Assembly (NCBI GenBank): GCA_036172245.1
Contig: JAYWIR010000008.1
Coordinates: 496,001 to 560,000, forward strand
From: Raillietiella orientalis
Taxonomy: Eukaryota
Direction: 5' to 3'
DNA length: 64,000 nucleotides
Positions 61,900 through 64,000 of the stretch are shown here, one piece after another (position 1 is the stretch's first letter; every line of letters starts with the position of its first letter). The notes beneath the pieces were generated by a model. That model saw only the letters and a program-made list of their open reading frames with translations. It was not told the DNA's origin and did no database searches. Made by a program: the position numbers and the translations under genes.

Positions 61900-64000
61900 A
61901 TATACATCCATGATTCCTCATTTACCTAGGAGGATGAATTATGCGTTGGAATGAGGACCAGAGGATGAATGGTTGTCATGGCGTCCTGAAGTTACTTCAA
62001 GTGGTTTACGAGCGGAGAATGCCTGGTGACCTGATGACCACGAAGTAATGGTCTTTGGAGAGAAGGGAGAGCTATGATCTTGTCCGTGTGATCAGCGCTC
62101 CCTTCTTTCTATCTCTAAAAGGGAGTTGGAAATTTGAGGTGCTGGAAATTACTAAAAAAGGAACCTCCCAAATCTCAAGTTTAAGATTCTTGAAATACCC
62201 TCTGCGTGATCGGAGCATATAAATTTAGTGGCCGGTAGTTTCCGTCGAGTAATTGGAGGACGTGTGAAGAGGAGAATCTCGGATGACAGAAACATGAGCC
62301 AGAGAATGGACATTTCGAAGAATTCTAAATGGTGGTCATTGGTCACTGACGTGAGAAAGTCCACGTGGGAGTTCGAAGTGCTGGAAGGGGTCTTAAAAAT
62401 GGTTAGGCAGGAGGTGGTTAAGATGACTAATAAGTAAGCATGGAGAATTATCAGGCGTCTTGTAAAGGGGAAGCATGAGATTTGGAACGTTAATGAGGAC
62501 ATTGCTAATATAGCGAGTGGATAATTTCAAGTCTCATATCGATTCTGCTGGAATAAGGGTGGACGATTCGAAAAAGAATGAATGAATGCGGAGGGGATGT
62601 GAACTCCCTAATGCGAGTTCGATCGTAAGGAGTAAACGATGTCAGGTCATTCGTTGCTGGTTGTTATCTCTCCAAAAAGGAAACCAAGAAATCAGTAATC
62701 CTCGAGATTCATTTTGCTTTTCTCAATCTGAATACGTCTGGATAATCTGAGAAGAACATTCCTACCTCCGTCTCTAAGAAGTGCTGGGAGATTAAGTTGT
62801 GTTTCATTCCATGCATCATGAGATGAACTGGATATTTAGGAGGGAACACCTGGAAGGCCTCCCGTTTACGAAAGGGGGAGGAATGGGGGCAGCGGTGACT
62901 AAAGACCGTGACGACGCACGGGAAATGGTGGAAGTAAACCACCAATTAATGGTAACAGGCGCGTTGTATACTGATGTATCGATGGATACCAAAGGTAGCT
63001 GCAACAGGACCTCCGATAGTGAAGATGACCACCGTCTGGTAGGAGCATGCGTTGTACAAGGTGCTGGATAGAATAGTGTAGGCATTCATCTGAAAAATTT
63101 TGAGATAACTCTAATGTTTGCGGGGGCATAGTTTCGTGAGAGGCCCAAAATGTGTTGGGTCCAGATTATGAGTCCCGGTATGTCGATGCAATAATGAAGA
63201 AGACGATCCTGAGATGCCCTCTTCACTTTTATTTTTTCCCATCTGAAATAAGGGGCTTTGGGATGTGGTTCGATGTCCTAGCAGCGCTTAGGATAAGAAT
63301 CACAAGTGCTGGAGCAGGATCAGGTCTCCTGAGTGTTGCATAAGGATTGTTAAGCATCTGTGGAAGAGAACTGCGGTGTTCTCTTCCAGACAATCAGATG
63401 TTCCTGGGAGTCCTGTTCGAACAGCACACAGATTGATTCCATGGCAGAAACGATGAGGCATCATGAGAGGAGAGATGTTTGGGAAAGTAATACGTTTGCG
63501 ATGCTGACGATGGTGATAATAGAGCCGGTGCTCTCAGACTGAAAAGCTTATGTCTTCACAGAGAGAACAATATTGCTGGATTAGTTGCTAATGAAGGAGC
63601 TGGATGGGACTGTTGTAATAAAGAGGACAAAGGGTCCATTTTGTTTGTGGTTCTTTGGGATAAAATGCTCTGGGGAGTATTATGGAGAAGGTAAGAAGGT
63701 AAGAGGAATTCTAAGTTTGAATTTGTTTAGTCAAAGAAATGCTGTGTTTGATGGCTCTAATATCTGAGGTTAGTTGGTCGTCGAGGCAGAGTCTGTAAAG
63801 AAGCTTATCTATAAGAAGTGAGAGACGGCGTTGATGGTACAAAGTTGATCGAGGATGAGAGAACCGGATAGGAATAGCTCTAGTAAGGTAATCGTCAAGT
63901 AAGCAATCGTCAAGGTTCCTGGGAGTAAGAGCTCAAATTCGAAAGGCCCAACAGGGCGTGCCAATGTCTTTGTGGATATGAGTCATCGTTGCAAAAAGCC
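61900..64000 (-). mobile_element. Decayed I/Jockey-like LINE ORF2 (endonuclease to RT), running off the window end
   Basis: Purine-skewed plus strand; minus-strand fragments THIHKDI (endonuclease region) and RKLPATKFICSDHAEGISRILNLR (~NYRPISL....K..ERI...RL). Many stops. Confidence 0.35.

Overview
Eukaryotic (animal, most likely arthropod-like) genomic DNA, not prokaryotic. Four protein-coding loci are supportable. (1) An intronless orphan-family gene with a BC-box-like N-terminus (5517-6452, +). (2) An intronless MGAT3/GnT-III-like glycosyltransferase (14599-15897, +). (3) A multi-exon THSD1-like single-pass membrane protein with TSP1 and CUB-like domains (34841->23133, -). (4) A four-exon REEP5/DP1/Yop1 gene with 40-54 nt introns (50990-51687, +). 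Almost everything else is GC- and CpG-rich DNA carrying heavily decayed transposon fossils (Penelope-like, BEL/Pao, Gypsy, RTE/CR1/Jockey LINEs, Tc1/mariner). These were recognised by eye from motif remnants only, so TE calls are tentative. Notable non-coding structure: two hammerhead-ribozyme-like motifs, each just downstream of a Penelope-like GIY-YIG remnant (1477-1531 +; 47628-47686 -); a pre-miRNA-sized hairpin (17940-18007); a ~95% identical 207-bp LTR-like direct-repeat pair in a THSD1 intron; an AT-rich fold-back island (~37.2-38.1 kb); and a sharp switch to AT-rich, CpG-depleted DNA exactly over the REEP5 gene body. Most ORFs in the supplied track are spurious GC-rich or antisense frames.
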